A stretch of DNA of 64,000 nucleotides, taken from the NCBI GenBank assembly GCA_963816355.1, contig CAWFKH010000006.1, positions 32,001 to 96,000 of the forward strand, read 5' to 3'. Source of the stretch: an uncultured Gemmatimonadales bacterium. Its GTDB lineage: Bacteria; Gemmatimonadota; Gemmatimonadetes; Longimicrobiales; RSA9. Positions 19,759 to 30,053 of this stretch are shown here, one piece after another; position 1 is the first letter of the stretch; each line of letters begins with the position of its first letter. Under the pieces are notes generated by a model. The model was not told where the DNA came from, made no database searches, and saw only the letters and a list, made by a program, of their open reading frames with translations. A program made the translations under genes and the position numbers.

Positions 19759-19848
19759 CTCGGTCTTCCCTTCCGCGGTTTCCCCGCACGATCGCATAAC
19801 TGCCCCGCCGCAGGCGCGCGTCAAGGGTCGCGGCGGGAGGGCGCGGTG

Positions 19849-20111
19849 TTTCACGCGGGGGGCGCGGCGTTTCACGCGGAGGGCGCGGAGGGGTTTCACG
19901 CGGAGGGCGCGGGGGACGCGGAGGGGCGACCGGCGTCGCGCGAGGTGCGCGGCACGGCCTGCATCCTTTTCTGGGTGGTTCTTCGGCTGCGAACGGGCGT
20001 CGCGCGACGAGACCCCAACAAGACCAGCGCCTACGGGGCGACGCCGCACCCCACGCGGGAAGCCCTGCCGGCAGCGAACCCCACCGCGCCCTCCGCGCCC
20101 TCCGCGTGAAA
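19849..20111. repeat. REP-like element: tttcacgcggagggcgcgg x3 and inverted copy
   Basis: Direct copies 19849-19925; inverted ccgcgccctccgcgccctccgcgtgaaa at about 20084-20111. Confidence 0.75.
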
Positions 20112-20123
20112 CAAACCAGCGAT

Positions 20124-20582
20124 TCAGCCTCGCCGCGAAGCGTCCTCAGGCCCTCGGATCGCTGAGGCGGAGGGCGCGGCGTTTCTCCGCGGGGCGTCCG
20201 CGACGTCCGCTCCGTTCTCGACGAGGAGCTGGCGCAGGATGGAGCGGTGGCAGCGGCTCTCCTCCTCGCAGTAGCAGCCGACGGAGAAGTCCGTGGCGTG
20301 CGACAGCGCGGCGAGGAGCTCGAGATCGTGCCGCGCGCCGGGCGCGGCCATTTCGGCGCGGTACTTCTTCGCGAACTGCGACCACTGCGACGGCGACTCC
20401 GCCGCTTGCGCCAGCTTCACCGCCTCCGCGCTCGGCGCAAGGTTCGGGAACCAGACGTCGTACCAGTCTCGCGCGGCGAACTCGGACTTCAGCACGCCCC
20501 GCGGCGGCCGGCGCACGGTGCCGATGCGCAGCCCCTCGCCGGGGAGGCGCGGGCTGCCGAGGCGCACGATCGTCACGCTCAT
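20124..20582 (-). CDS. DUF488 family protein
   Basis: 'RIGTVRRPPRGV', 'WFPNLAPS', 'CYCEEESRCHRS'. Confidence 0.85.
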   Translation of the reverse strand: MSVTIVRLGSPRLPGEGLRIGTVRRPPRGVLKSEFAARDWYDVWFPNLAPSAEAVKLAQAAESPSQWSQFAKKYRAEMAAPGARHDLELLAALSHATDFSVGCYCEEESRCHRSILRQLLVENGADVADAPRRNAAPSASAIRGPEDASRRG

Positions 20583-20618
20583 GAACCGGTGGGTCTGCGG
20601 CGTGGTCCGCTTCCCGCC

Positions 20619-22328
20619 TTACAGCTTCGGTAGGTGGCCGCCCGGAGCGGACGCTTCGATGTGGCGCGCCATCTTCCGCAGCAGCGAGGCGGTGGTCTGG
20701 CCCTGCCAGCCGTGGCCCTTGGCGGGGCGGCCGAAGTGGAAGGCGCCGGCGTAGTACGGGTCGGTGGTGGACTCGAGGAAGTCGCGCATGCGGTAGACGG
20801 CGAGGTTGAGGTAGAAGTCGTCCACGTCGCCGACGTAGACGTGGATCTGGCCGACCAGGTGAGGCCCGACGGTGGCCCAGTTGCGCTGGAGGTAGTCGCG
20901 CAGGTCGAAGCCGTGGGCGCGCATGTACTCGGCGACGTCGTGGTCGATGACCCCGGTGCGCTTGTCCCAGAGCGGGACGGGGTAGCCGTCGTCGCCGATC
21001 GGCCCCCATGCGGCTTCCCAGATCTCGTACTGCTGGCCCGAGCGGCCGTGGGTGCCGAGCGCGTCCTCGAGCTGGCTCATCTGGCGCGTGGTGACCATCG
21101 GCTGCCCATCGCCGGGGGTGCGCATCATGAAGCGCTCCGGCGTGTTCCAGCGGTCGCCGCCGGGTGCGATGAAGGCGTTGGCGTCGTGGTAGATGTCGGT
21201 GAGCTGATAGTTGCGGAAGTCGATCGGATCCGGACAGAAGACCCAGGTTCCACCGAAGAATTCCGGATGGCGGACCTGCAGCGCCATCGCGATCCAGCCA
21301 CCGGTCGATGCGCCGGTGAGGACGCGCGCCCACGGCTTGCCGATCATGCGGAAGTGCTGCTCCAGGTAGGGGATCAGCTCCTGCCGGATCGCGTCCCCGT
21401 AGGGGCCGTTGTTGACCGAGTTGACGGCGTAGGAGTCGTCGAAGTACGGCGTCGGATGCTGGATCGTCACCGCGATCATGCGGGGGAAATCGTCGCTTAC
21501 CCACTGCTTGTAGAGCTGGAACGGCGTTTCGCGTCCGAGGGAGGCCATGAACGCCCGCAACGAGGACGGCAGAGCGACGGAATCGGTCGTGAAGTCGAAG
21601 GGCGGCCGCAGGTTGAAGTGGTTGAACTGGAACACGACCGGATAGCGGCGGTCGGTCTCCGTGTCGTAGTCGCGGGGCAGCAGGACTGTCGCGCCGAGGT
21701 ACATGTCGTGGCCCCAGAACTTCGACAGCATCTCGCTGCGTATCTTGACGTGCTTCACCCACTTCGTGTCGTCCGGCATCTTCACCTGGGGGAGCTTGCG
21801 CTCGAGCGCGATGCGGATCGGGCCGCCCTTCGGGTCGTAGTGCACCCTGCGCACGCTGCTCACCAAGTTGCCGGGCGAGACGACGAAGTTCTGCCCCTCC
21901 CAGTGGTCCATGTGCGCCCAGATCGTGTGGCCGTCGGCGCGGTGGAACTGCGTGTAGACGTTGAGCACCGCCTGCACGTAATAGTCGCCCTCCGGCAGGC
22001 CGGCGAGCGAGCGCACCGGGTAGCCCGCCGCGGATCCACCCACGACCGCCGCCTCGCCCGGCTTCAAGCCGCTCACGTCCGCACCGAACAGCGGCGCCAC
22101 CCCGAACCAGCCGCCCACCTGGAAGCGCGGCTCCGGGACCGAGTCCGTGGCCAGGATCACGAAGACGCGCCCGGTGATCGGACCGGCGTCGAGCGACGCC
22201 GGAAAGGTGACGAGGATGCGGGGTCCCGCCACATCCCGGACGGCCTCCGCGCCGGCAGCGGGTGCTGCGGCGAACAGCGCGAGCGCGAGGAGAGGGAGGG
22301 CGCGGATGCGTCGGGTGAGGCGTGCCAT
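20619..22328 (-). CDS. secreted alpha/beta-hydrolase (putative esterase family)
   Basis: Signal peptide, 'VLLPRDY', 'NNGPYGD', nucleophile elbow GASTGG. Confidence 0.8.
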   Translation of the reverse strand: MARLTRRIRALPLLALALFAAAPAAGAEAVRDVAGPRILVTFPASLDAGPITGRVFVILATDSVPEPRFQVGGWFGVAPLFGADVSGLKPGEAAVVGGSAAGYPVRSLAGLPEGDYYVQAVLNVYTQFHRADGHTIWAHMDHWEGQNFVVSPGNLVSSVRRVHYDPKGGPIRIALERKLPQVKMPDDTKWVKHVKIRSEMLSKFWGHDMYLGATVLLPRDYDTETDRRYPVVFQFNHFNLRPPFDFTTDSVALPSSLRAFMASLGRETPFQLYKQWVSDDFPRMIAVTIQHPTPYFDDSYAVNSVNNGPYGDAIRQELIPYLEQHFRMIGKPWARVLTGASTGGWIAMALQVRHPEFFGGTWVFCPDPIDFRNYQLTDIYHDANAFIAPGGDRWNTPERFMMRTPGDGQPMVTTRQMSQLEDALGTHGRSGQQYEIWEAAWGPIGDDGYPVPLWDKRTGVIDHDVAEYMRAHGFDLRDYLQRNWATVGPHLVGQIHVYVGDVDDFYLNLAVYRMRDFLESTTDPYYAGAFHFGRPAKGHGWQGQTTASLLRKMARHIEASAPGGHLPKL

Positions 22329-22526
22329 GGCCGGTCTCCGGATGGGGTCGGAAGACGGCCATAGTAGACGGCGCGGGGGCGGTCCACCAGCCGCTCGGGG
22401 AGGCGCGCGGGGACGTGCGGTGCGAGAGGATCTCGAGCGGGTGCGGGGCGTGACCGCGACGATGCGAGCCGTAGCGCCCGTGGCCTCGCCGCGCCGGCGG
22501 CTGGCGGCTGGAGGGGCGACGGCGCT

Positions 22527-24998
22527 CTAGCCGCGCTCGGCGGCGCCCCGGTCGAGCAGGTCCCGCACCGCCCGCACCAGCTCGTGGAGGTCGAACGGCT
22601 TGCGAAGGAAGGCGTGGGGGGTGCGCCCGAGCTCGTCGCGCACCCTCTGGTCCTCGGCGTATCCGGAGATGAAGAGGACTGGCAGCGACGGACGCTCGGC
22701 GGTGAGGCGGCGGGCGAGCTCTGCCCCGCCGACGCGCGGCATCTCGACGTCGGTGACGAGGATGTCGATTCCACCGTCGGCCTCGGCGGCGCACGCGAGC
22801 GCCTCGACGCCGTCGGCGGCGAGGAGGACGCGGTAGCCGAGGCGGCGCAGCGCCGCCGACATCAGGCGGCGGATGCCGCCTTCGTCGTCTACGAAGAGCA
22901 CGGTCGTGATCGGCGTTGGCGCATCGGGGGCCCCTGGGAGATCGACCTCGCCCGTCGGCCGCCGGCGCTGCGGCGGCTCCCCCGGCGGCGGCCGTTGCGA
23001 TCGCGGGGGCCGGCGCTCGCCGGCGGGCGCGGGTTCGTCGCGCGGTCGGCCGGCGGCGGGGAATGCCACGCGGACGGTCGTGCCGCGCCCGACGGCGCTC
23101 TCGATGCGGATCTCGCCGCCGTTCTGGTGCACGATGCCGTGGATGGTGGACAGACCGAGGCCACTCGCGCTCGCCCGTTCCTTGGTCGTGAAGAACGGCT
23201 CGAAGACGCGCTCGCGGACGGCGTCGCTCATGCCGACGCCATCGTCGCGGACGGCAATGCCGACGGACGCGCCGCCGTCGTCGTCGCGGTGGAAGGAGGC
23301 CAGGCGGAGGCGTCCTCCGTCCGGCATCGCGTCGCGGGCGTTGAGCACGAGGTGGACGAGCGCCTGCTGGATGGAGGCGGGGTCGACCCATGCGTGGGGG
23401 GGTGCCGGCGCAAGCTCGAGGGAGAGCTCGATCTCGGGTCCGACGATCTGGCGCGCGGTGCGCCGGAAACCGACGAGCAGAGCGTTGACGTCGACGGCCT
23501 CGGGGCGCAGCACTTGGCGGCGACCGAAGGAGAGGAGCTGGTTGACGAGCGCGGTGCCGCGGCTCGCCGCCCGCCGGATCTCCTCCACCAGCGGTCGGCT
23601 CGCCGCGGCGCCGCCGTGCGCGTCCTCGAGGAGGGCGTCCGTGGCGGCGGTCAGCACCGTACTGATGTTGTTGAAGTCGTGAGCGAGCCCGCCGGTGAGG
23701 TGCGAGAGCGCCTCCATCCTCTGGGCCTCGCGCAGCCGTGCCTCCACTCGGCGGTGTTCCGAGCCGTCGCGCACGATGAAGGTGGTCAGAGGTTCGCCGG
23801 CGAACCGGGTGGAGGTCGCCGTCCCCTCCAGGGGGAAGCTCGTGCCGTCGACGCGCAGGCCGCGCACGCCATCCTCCGGTCCGAACTCGAGACGCCGTTC
23901 GACACCGTCCGGACGGAGCAGCGGCGCGAGCGCATCGGGCGGATCGGCCGCGACGAACCGCACGATCGGCTCGCCCGTCATGCGCGCGGCATCGAAGCGC
24001 AACAGCGCTCCGGCACTCTCGTTGGCGAGTCGCACGATCCCCTCGCCGTCGACCGTGAGAATCGCGTCCCGCGCCGTGGCGATGACGTGAGCGAGTTGCG
24101 CGCGCGACTCAGCCAGGCGGCGCAAGCGGCGCGCGCGCAGCCCGCGGTCGACCGCGAGCGCGCCGACGAGGATGAAGAGGAGCGCGGCCGCGGCGAGCGC
24201 GGTGGCGCGGTGTCGAGCGGCGGCGACGTCGGCGAGGAGCTCGGCGTCGGCGAAGCGGACGAAGACGCCCCAGCCGGCGTCCGTGGCGCCGCCGGCGGCC
24301 CAGCGGATCGGCTCCCTGCCGCCGGACGTGCCGGTCGCGATCCCGGGACGGAGCGCCGCGCGCATGCGCGGCGGCGCGTCCGCCAGCAGCAGCACAGCGG
24401 GCGGAAGCTGCCGGCCTTGGTAGTCGTAGGCGAGGACGAGGACGCTGTCCCCCAGTCGCTGCACCACCGCCGTGCCGAAGGTCAGGGATGCGTTGTCGAA
24501 CGGCGCGCGCGGCATCGGCTCGGCGCGGTAGAGGGCGCTGACACGGCTCGCGTCGCCCACCGGGACGGCGATGTCGAGGACGCGGCGTCCGTCCGCGGCC
24601 TCGCCGAAGCGTGCCGCGGCCGAGTCCGTGGCGAGCGCGCGGCGGACGACCGCGGCGGCGGCGGGACGGAGTCCGGAGCCGAGCGGATCGGCGAGGCGCG
24701 TTTCGGCGGAGTCCGAGCGGGCGGCGAGGAGGCGCTCGAGGACGCCCGCGACGGCGCGCGTGCTGTCGAGCGCACCGATGAGCGCGCCGAGCTGGCCGGC
24801 AGCCTCGACCTGCCGCGTACGCCAGGCGACGAGGTCGCCGCGGAAGGTGGTGGCGCGGTCGGAGACGCGGCGCGTGGCCGTGGCGAGGGATTGCGTCCGC
24901 ACCCAGCGCACGTACGCGACAGCGGCGAGGGCGACCCCGAGGGTGCCCAGCACGCCGGCGACAACCACCCAGCGTCGAACGGCTCGGAATCTGTTCAC
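22527..24998 (-). CDS. membrane hybrid sensor histidine kinase (PAS-HisKA-HATPase-REC)
   Basis: 2 TM segments, PAS, 'AHDFNN', 'NARDAM', 'DDGVGM', 'FEPFFTTK', REC 'VDDE..TDVEMP..KPF'. Confidence 0.9.
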   Translation of the reverse strand: MNRFRAVRRWVVVAGVLGTLGVALAAVAYVRWVRTQSLATATRRVSDRATTFRGDLVAWRTRQVEAAGQLGALIGALDSTRAVAGVLERLLAARSDSAETRLADPLGSGLRPAAAAVVRRALATDSAAARFGEAADGRRVLDIAVPVGDASRVSALYRAEPMPRAPFDNASLTFGTAVVQRLGDSVLVLAYDYQGRQLPPAVLLLADAPPRMRAALRPGIATGTSGGREPIRWAAGGATDAGWGVFVRFADAELLADVAAARHRATALAAAALLFILVGALAVDRGLRARRLRRLAESRAQLAHVIATARDAILTVDGEGIVRLANESAGALLRFDAARMTGEPIVRFVAADPPDALAPLLRPDGVERRLEFGPEDGVRGLRVDGTSFPLEGTATSTRFAGEPLTTFIVRDGSEHRRVEARLREAQRMEALSHLTGGLAHDFNNISTVLTAATDALLEDAHGGAAASRPLVEEIRRAASRGTALVNQLLSFGRRQVLRPEAVDVNALLVGFRRTARQIVGPEIELSLELAPAPPHAWVDPASIQQALVHLVLNARDAMPDGGRLRLASFHRDDDGGASVGIAVRDDGVGMSDAVRERVFEPFFTTKERASASGLGLSTIHGIVHQNGGEIRIESAVGRGTTVRVAFPAAGRPRDEPAPAGERRPPRSQRPPPGEPPQRRRPTGEVDLPGAPDAPTPITTVLFVDDEGGIRRLMSAALRRLGYRVLLAADGVEALACAAEADGGIDILVTDVEMPRVGGAELARRLTAERPSLPVLFISGYAEDQRVRDELGRTPHAFLRKPFDLHELVRAVRDLLDRGAAERG

Positions 24999-25195
24999 GG
25001 TGGAGGAAAACTACGACGGCGAGGTCGCGGCGCGCCACAGGGATGAAGAACGCGCGGCGGCCTGAGCGGCGCTCGTGCCGGACGTCGGGTTCACTCGGAA
25101 CGCGGCTTGCTGCCTTCCGAGCCAGCCCGACCGGGCCGGTGCCGGCGGCGCCGACGACGAGCGCAGGGGACGGGACGGAAAGGGAAGGGTGTAGC

Positions 25196-26116
25196 GTGGA
25201 GCGACGCAGGATCGGAAACCTGGAGGTGTCCGTCGTGGGGCTCGGCTGCAACAACTTCGGCACCCGCCTGGACGAGGCGGGCACGCGCGAGGTGGTCGCG
25301 GCCGCGCTCGACGCCGGCATCGACTTCTTCGACACGGCCAACAGCTACGGCGGCGGCGAGAGCGAGACGTTCCTCGGGCGTGCGTTGCGCGGGCGGCGTG
25401 GGGAAGCGGTCGTCGCCACGAAGTTCGGCTCCGGCAGCCGCGGCATGCCGGCGGGCGCGCGCCCCGACACGGTGCGCGAATCGGCGGACGCGAGCCTGCG
25501 CCGGCTCGGCATGGAGCGGATCGACCTGTACCAGCTCCACAAACCGGACCCGGCCGTGCCGATCGCGGAGACGCTCGGTGCGCTGCGCGAGCTGGTGGAG
25601 GAGGGGAAGGTGCGGCAGGTCGGCTGTTCCAACTTCTCGGTGGCCCAGCTTCGGGAGGCGGAGGCGGCGGCGGAGCGCATCGACCTCCGCTTCGTCAGCG
25701 TCCAGAACGAGTACAGCCTGCTGGATCGGGAGCCGGAGCGCGGCGTGCTCGCGGAGTGCGAGCGGTGCGACGTCGCGTTCATCCCCTATTTCCCGCTGGC
25801 GAGCGGCCTCCTCACCGGCAAGTATCGGGAGGGCCATCCGCCGCCCGAGGGGACGCGGATCACCGAGGGCTGGGCGGGCGATCGCCTCACCGACAAGGCG
25901 CTCGCCACCGTCGAGCGACTCGCCCGCTGGGCCGAGGCGCGCGGCCACACGCTGCTCGAGCTGGCGTTCTCCTGGCTGCTGGCGCACGACGTGGTGGCGT
26001 CGGTGATCGCCGGCGCCACGAGCCCGGACCAGGTGCGCTCGAACGCCGCGGCCGCGGGGTGGGCGCTCGGCGAGACCGACCTGCGCTCGCTCGACGAGGC
26101 GCTCGCGAGGAACTGA
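25196..26116 (+). CDS. aldo/keto reductase
   Basis: 'GLGCNNFG', 'FDTANSY', 'ATKFG', 'IDLYQLH', 'QNEYSLL'. Confidence 0.9.
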   Translation: MERRRIGNLEVSVVGLGCNNFGTRLDEAGTREVVAAALDAGIDFFDTANSYGGGESETFLGRALRGRRGEAVVATKFGSGSRGMPAGARPDTVRESADASLRRLGMERIDLYQLHKPDPAVPIAETLGALRELVEEGKVRQVGCSNFSVAQLREAEAAAERIDLRFVSVQNEYSLLDREPERGVLAECERCDVAFIPYFPLASGLLTGKYREGHPPPEGTRITEGWAGDRLTDKALATVERLARWAEARGHTLLELAFSWLLAHDVVASVIAGATSPDQVRSNAAAAGWALGETDLRSLDEALARN

Positions 26117-26178
26117 CGGAGAGCTGACGCGCGGAGCAAGCGGGATCTGCGGGGGCAGGACGGCCATCCGTCGCCGTC

Positions 26179-29100
26179 CTACGCGCCCCTTTGCGTCTCC
26201 GGATCGGAGCGGACGATCTCGATCCTCTGTGCGTCCGGCAGCTGCTGGAGCGGCAGCCGGAGCACGAAGGTGGAGCCCTCGCCCGGACCGGTTTCCAGCG
26301 TCACGTCCCCACCGAGCAGGCGAGCGAGCCGGCGGCACACGGCCAGGCCGAGTCCGGATCCTCCCTTGTGCCGCGTGGTCGAGTTGTCCCCCTGCACGAA
26401 CGGTTCGAAGACCCGTTCCCGCTGGTCCGCCGGGATGCCGGGGCCGGTGTCACTGACGCGGAGCGCGAAGGCATCCGCGGAGGCGACCAGCTTCACCGAC
26501 ACTTTGCCGTTCTCGGTGAACTTCACGGCGTTGGCGACCAGGTTCGTGAGGATCTGCCGGATCTTGCCGCCATCGGAGAAGATGTAGAGCGGCGTATCGG
26601 CTCCATCGAGCTCCAGCGCCACATTCTTGCTGTGCGCGGTGAACTCGACCATCGCCATGACATCGCGCACGATCTCCGCCACGTCCACCGTGCCGCGCTT
26701 CACCTCGGTGCGCCCCGCCTCGGCGCGGGAGTAGGTGAGGACTTCCTCGATGATCGACACCAGATGCCAGGCGCTGGACTTGATGCGGGCGAGATACTTC
26801 CGCTGGGCGTCCGTCATCGAGCCGACGACGTCGGTTTCGAGCAGGTCCGAGATGCCGATCACGGCGGTGAGCGGCGTGCGCAGCTCGTGGCTCATCGTCG
26901 CGAGGAACTGACTCTTGGCCTCCGCGGCCTGCTCGGCCGCGCGCTTCGCACTACGGAGCGTGTCCTCGGCCTTCTTTCGCTCCGTCACGTCACTCGCCAT
27001 GCCGACCCATTCCCGGAGCGAGCCGTCGGCGCGCAGGATCGGTACGGCGCGGACCGCCATCACGCGCCACTCGTCGGTGGCGGAGCGGCGGAGGCGGAAT
27101 TCGTGCTCGAGCAGCGTGCGCGTCTCGACGGCGCGGCGCCAGGCCACCTCCACTTCGGCGCGGTCATCGGGGTGCACGGCATCGAGCCATCCCCACGCCT
27201 GCGCCTCCTCCGCAGTCTGGCCGGTGAAGGTGTGCCAGGAGCGTGAGGTCTGCGCAACGGAGCCGTCCGGTGCCGTCGTCCAGACGATCTCGGCAGTGGC
27301 TTCGACGAGCGCGCGGAAGCGTTCCTCGCTCTGCGCAACGTGCTTCTGCGCCTGCCGGATGCGCGTCACGTCCGTGAAGGTGCAGACGACGCCGCGGATG
27401 CGCTCATCGGCGGTGCGGTAGGGGGTGATACGCGCGAGCCAGGCGCGGCCGTCGCCGCCGACCTCGCGCTCGACCGGCTGCAATGCCGAGAGCACCCGCT
27501 CGCAATCCGCGCTCAGCCGTGGGTAGTGGAGGGAGTGGGTGACGTGCGCGAGCGGGCGCCCCTCGTCCACCGGGAGCACGTTGAAGATCTGCGTCAACGC
27601 GGGCGTGAAGCGCTTGATGCGGAGCTCGCGGTCCAGGAACAGGGTGGCGATCTCCGTCGCCGCCATGAGGTTGCGGAGATCGTCGTTGGCATGGCCGAGC
27701 TCCTCGACCTTCGTCTTGAGCTCGTCGTTGACCGTCTTGAGCTCCTCGTTCACCGACTGGAGCTCCTCCTTGCTCGTCTCCAGCTCCTCGAGCGTGGACT
27801 TGTACTCCTCGTTGATCGACTGCAGCTCCTCGTTGGACGCCTTCAGCTCCTCCTGCCGCTGCTCCGATGCTTCGACGATCTCCTGGACTCGCATGCGTGC
27901 GGTCGCCAACTCCGCTTCCGCGTCTGCCAGGCGGCCGACCGAACCAGGCTCCAGCTCGTCCTGCGGCTCCGCGGCTTCGGCGCCATCCTCCAGGAAGGTG
28001 ACGAGCGCCAGCGCCGAGTCACCCGCCACGGGCGCCACCAACATCTGCACGTGCCGCGGCTCGCCGTCGATCTCGAGCGGGATGCGGCGCGTGCGCTCGG
28101 CGCTGCCGTGCTCGAGCGCCTGGAAGAGCGCCGCGCGAAGTTCCATGCGGAGGTCCGGGCGCGCCGTCTTCAGCAGGTTCGCGGACGGGCTGCCCGCGGT
28201 GAACTGCAGGTAGCGGTTGGCCGTCTCCGAGACGTGGACGATGATGTGGTCCCGGTCGACCAGTATGGTGGGGGGGCCGTAGCTCTCGAGGGTACGCCGG
28301 TGGAGCTCCGCATCGGCCGCGCTCTGCTGGACGCTCGCACCGCGGGGCCAGAAGCGGCCGCTCCAGCCGGAGGCGCCGTCCAGCGGCAGCTCCGGCAGGC
28401 GATGCTCCGCCTCCCTCGACTTATGGCCCAGGCGGTAGATGCGATGCTCCCGGTCCAGTGCGACGAACGCGCCGCCCTCCGGCATCGATTCCGATTCGCC
28501 CAGAAAGAGGAAGCCGTCTGGCCGCAGCGCATAGCGGAACAGGTCGAGCACGCGACCTTGCAGTCCCCTCTCCAGATAGATCAGGAGATTGCGGCAGGCG
28601 ACCATGTCGAGGCGCGAGAACGGCGGGTCGCGAAGCAGGTCGTGCACGGAGAACAGGATGTGCTCGCGGAGCGACCTCTTGACCCGCAGGTAGGTGCCTT
28701 CCCGGTCGAAGAAGCGGCGCGTCCGCTCCTCTCCCACGTCCGCGGCGACGGCGCCCGCGTAGAGGCCCTCGCGGGCGAAGGCGATCGCCTCTTCGTCCAG
28801 GTCCGTAGCGAAGACCTGGATCCGAGGCCCGCTCCGCAGCGCCTCGGCGTGTTCGAGCAGGAGCATGGCGACGCTGTATGCCTCCTCGCCGGTGGCGCAC
28901 CCCGCGATCCACACCCGGATCTCTCCGCTCGCCGCCTCCCGGAACAGCGTCGGGACAACGTCCCGATCCAGCGCATCGAACGCTTCCGGGTCGCGGAAGA
29001 AGCTGGTTACGCTGATGAGCAGGTCCTTCAGGAGGGAGCGCGCCTCGGCCGGAGTACGCTCGAGCTGCTCCAGGTACTCCTGCAGGCTGCGGTTGCCGGT

Positions 29101-29862
29101 CACCTGCGAGCGGCGGGCGATGCGACGCAGCACCGTACTCTTCTTGTAGCCGCCGAAGTCGCGGCCGGTGCGATTCCGGAGTTGCGTCAGGATGCGCCTC
29201 AGCGTCTCCGCCTCGTCATCCGCCAGCGCGGCGCCATCCGCCGGCAGCTGCCACGGAACGCCGTTCGACCTGAGCTGCACCACCCGCTCGCCCAGTTCCC
29301 GCGCCGGAAGCACGAAGTCCACCATTCCGGTGCTGATGGCGCTGCGCGGCATGGAATCGTACTCCGCCTCTTCCGGCGACTGGGCCATCACGATTCCGCC
29401 CAGCTCCTTGATCGCCTTCAGACCCACCACGCCGTCGGTTCCCGAGCCGGAGAGAAGGACGCCCACGCCGTCCGGATGGATCTCGGCGACCGTGCGGAAG
29501 AACGCGTCGATCGGCGAGCGCCGGCCCCTGGGCTCCGAGAACTCCGACAGCTCGAGGTGCCCGTCCGTGACCGCCATGTTGCGGTCGGGCGGGATCACGT
29601 ACACGTGGTCCGGCTCGAGCGGCGTCCGCTCACGCACCTGGCGGACGGGAAGCCGCAGGTGCGGCTGCAGCACTTCGGCGAGCTGGCTCTCGTGCTCCGG
29701 CGACAGGTGCATCACTACGACGAAGGCGATCCCCGTCTTCTCGGGGATCGCCTCGAAGAAGCGGCGCAGCGCGGCGATCCCGCCCGCCGAAGCGCCGATG
29801 GCGACGAGGTTCGGGCGAGCGGAATCGTCCTGTTCGGAAACCGTGGGCGCGGACTCGGTCAT
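26179..29862 (-). CDS. CheB-CheR-PAS-histidine kinase fusion
   Basis: CheB GASAGG/VMHL/GTDG, CheR 'GCATGEEAYS' and 'CRNLLIY', coiled coil 'NEELQS', PAS, 'SHELRTP', 'GSGLGL'. Confidence 0.95.
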   Translation of the reverse strand: MTESAPTVSEQDDSARPNLVAIGASAGGIAALRRFFEAIPEKTGIAFVVVMHLSPEHESQLAEVLQPHLRLPVRQVRERTPLEPDHVYVIPPDRNMAVTDGHLELSEFSEPRGRRSPIDAFFRTVAEIHPDGVGVLLSGSGTDGVVGLKAIKELGGIVMAQSPEEAEYDSMPRSAISTGMVDFVLPARELGERVVQLRSNGVPWQLPADGAALADDEAETLRRILTQLRNRTGRDFGGYKKSTVLRRIARRSQVTGNRSLQEYLEQLERTPAEARSLLKDLLISVTSFFRDPEAFDALDRDVVPTLFREAASGEIRVWIAGCATGEEAYSVAMLLLEHAEALRSGPRIQVFATDLDEEAIAFAREGLYAGAVAADVGEERTRRFFDREGTYLRVKRSLREHILFSVHDLLRDPPFSRLDMVACRNLLIYLERGLQGRVLDLFRYALRPDGFLFLGESESMPEGGAFVALDREHRIYRLGHKSREAEHRLPELPLDGASGWSGRFWPRGASVQQSAADAELHRRTLESYGPPTILVDRDHIIVHVSETANRYLQFTAGSPSANLLKTARPDLRMELRAALFQALEHGSAERTRRIPLEIDGEPRHVQMLVAPVAGDSALALVTFLEDGAEAAEPQDELEPGSVGRLADAEAELATARMRVQEIVEASEQRQEELKASNEELQSINEEYKSTLEELETSKEELQSVNEELKTVNDELKTKVEELGHANDDLRNLMAATEIATLFLDRELRIKRFTPALTQIFNVLPVDEGRPLAHVTHSLHYPRLSADCERVLSALQPVEREVGGDGRAWLARITPYRTADERIRGVVCTFTDVTRIRQAQKHVAQSEERFRALVEATAEIVWTTAPDGSVAQTSRSWHTFTGQTAEEAQAWGWLDAVHPDDRAEVEVAWRRAVETRTLLEHEFRLRRSATDEWRVMAVRAVPILRADGSLREWVGMASDVTERKKAEDTLRSAKRAAEQAAEAKSQFLATMSHELRTPLTAVIGISDLLETDVVGSMTDAQRKYLARIKSSAWHLVSIIEEVLTYSRAEAGRTEVKRGTVDVAEIVRDVMAMVEFTAHSKNVALELDGADTPLYIFSDGGKIRQILTNLVANAVKFTENGKVSVKLVASADAFALRVSDTGPGIPADQRERVFEPFVQGDNSTTRHKGGSGLGLAVCRRLARLLGGDVTLETGPGEGSTFVLRLPLQQLPDAQRIEIVRSDPETQRGA

Positions 29863-30053
29863 CGGGGCGATGGGACAGGGGAAGAGGCACGACCAGTACG
29901 CGGTTGCAAGATAGTCGCTCCACTCGGGCTATGCATCCGATGCTTCCGTAGCCGCTGGATCGCTCCTCCTCCTCCCGGACGTCGGGCCCCCTAACCCCCC
30001 CCTAGTGCAAGAGGGATACCCGACGGCGGGAACGGCGCGGAAATCGGCCGGCC

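Noticed and set aside
20146..23391. 1081-aa and other long Arg/Pro/Ala-rich ORFs throughout the window
   Set aside because: Alternative-frame or antisense shadows of real genes, typical of high-GC DNA
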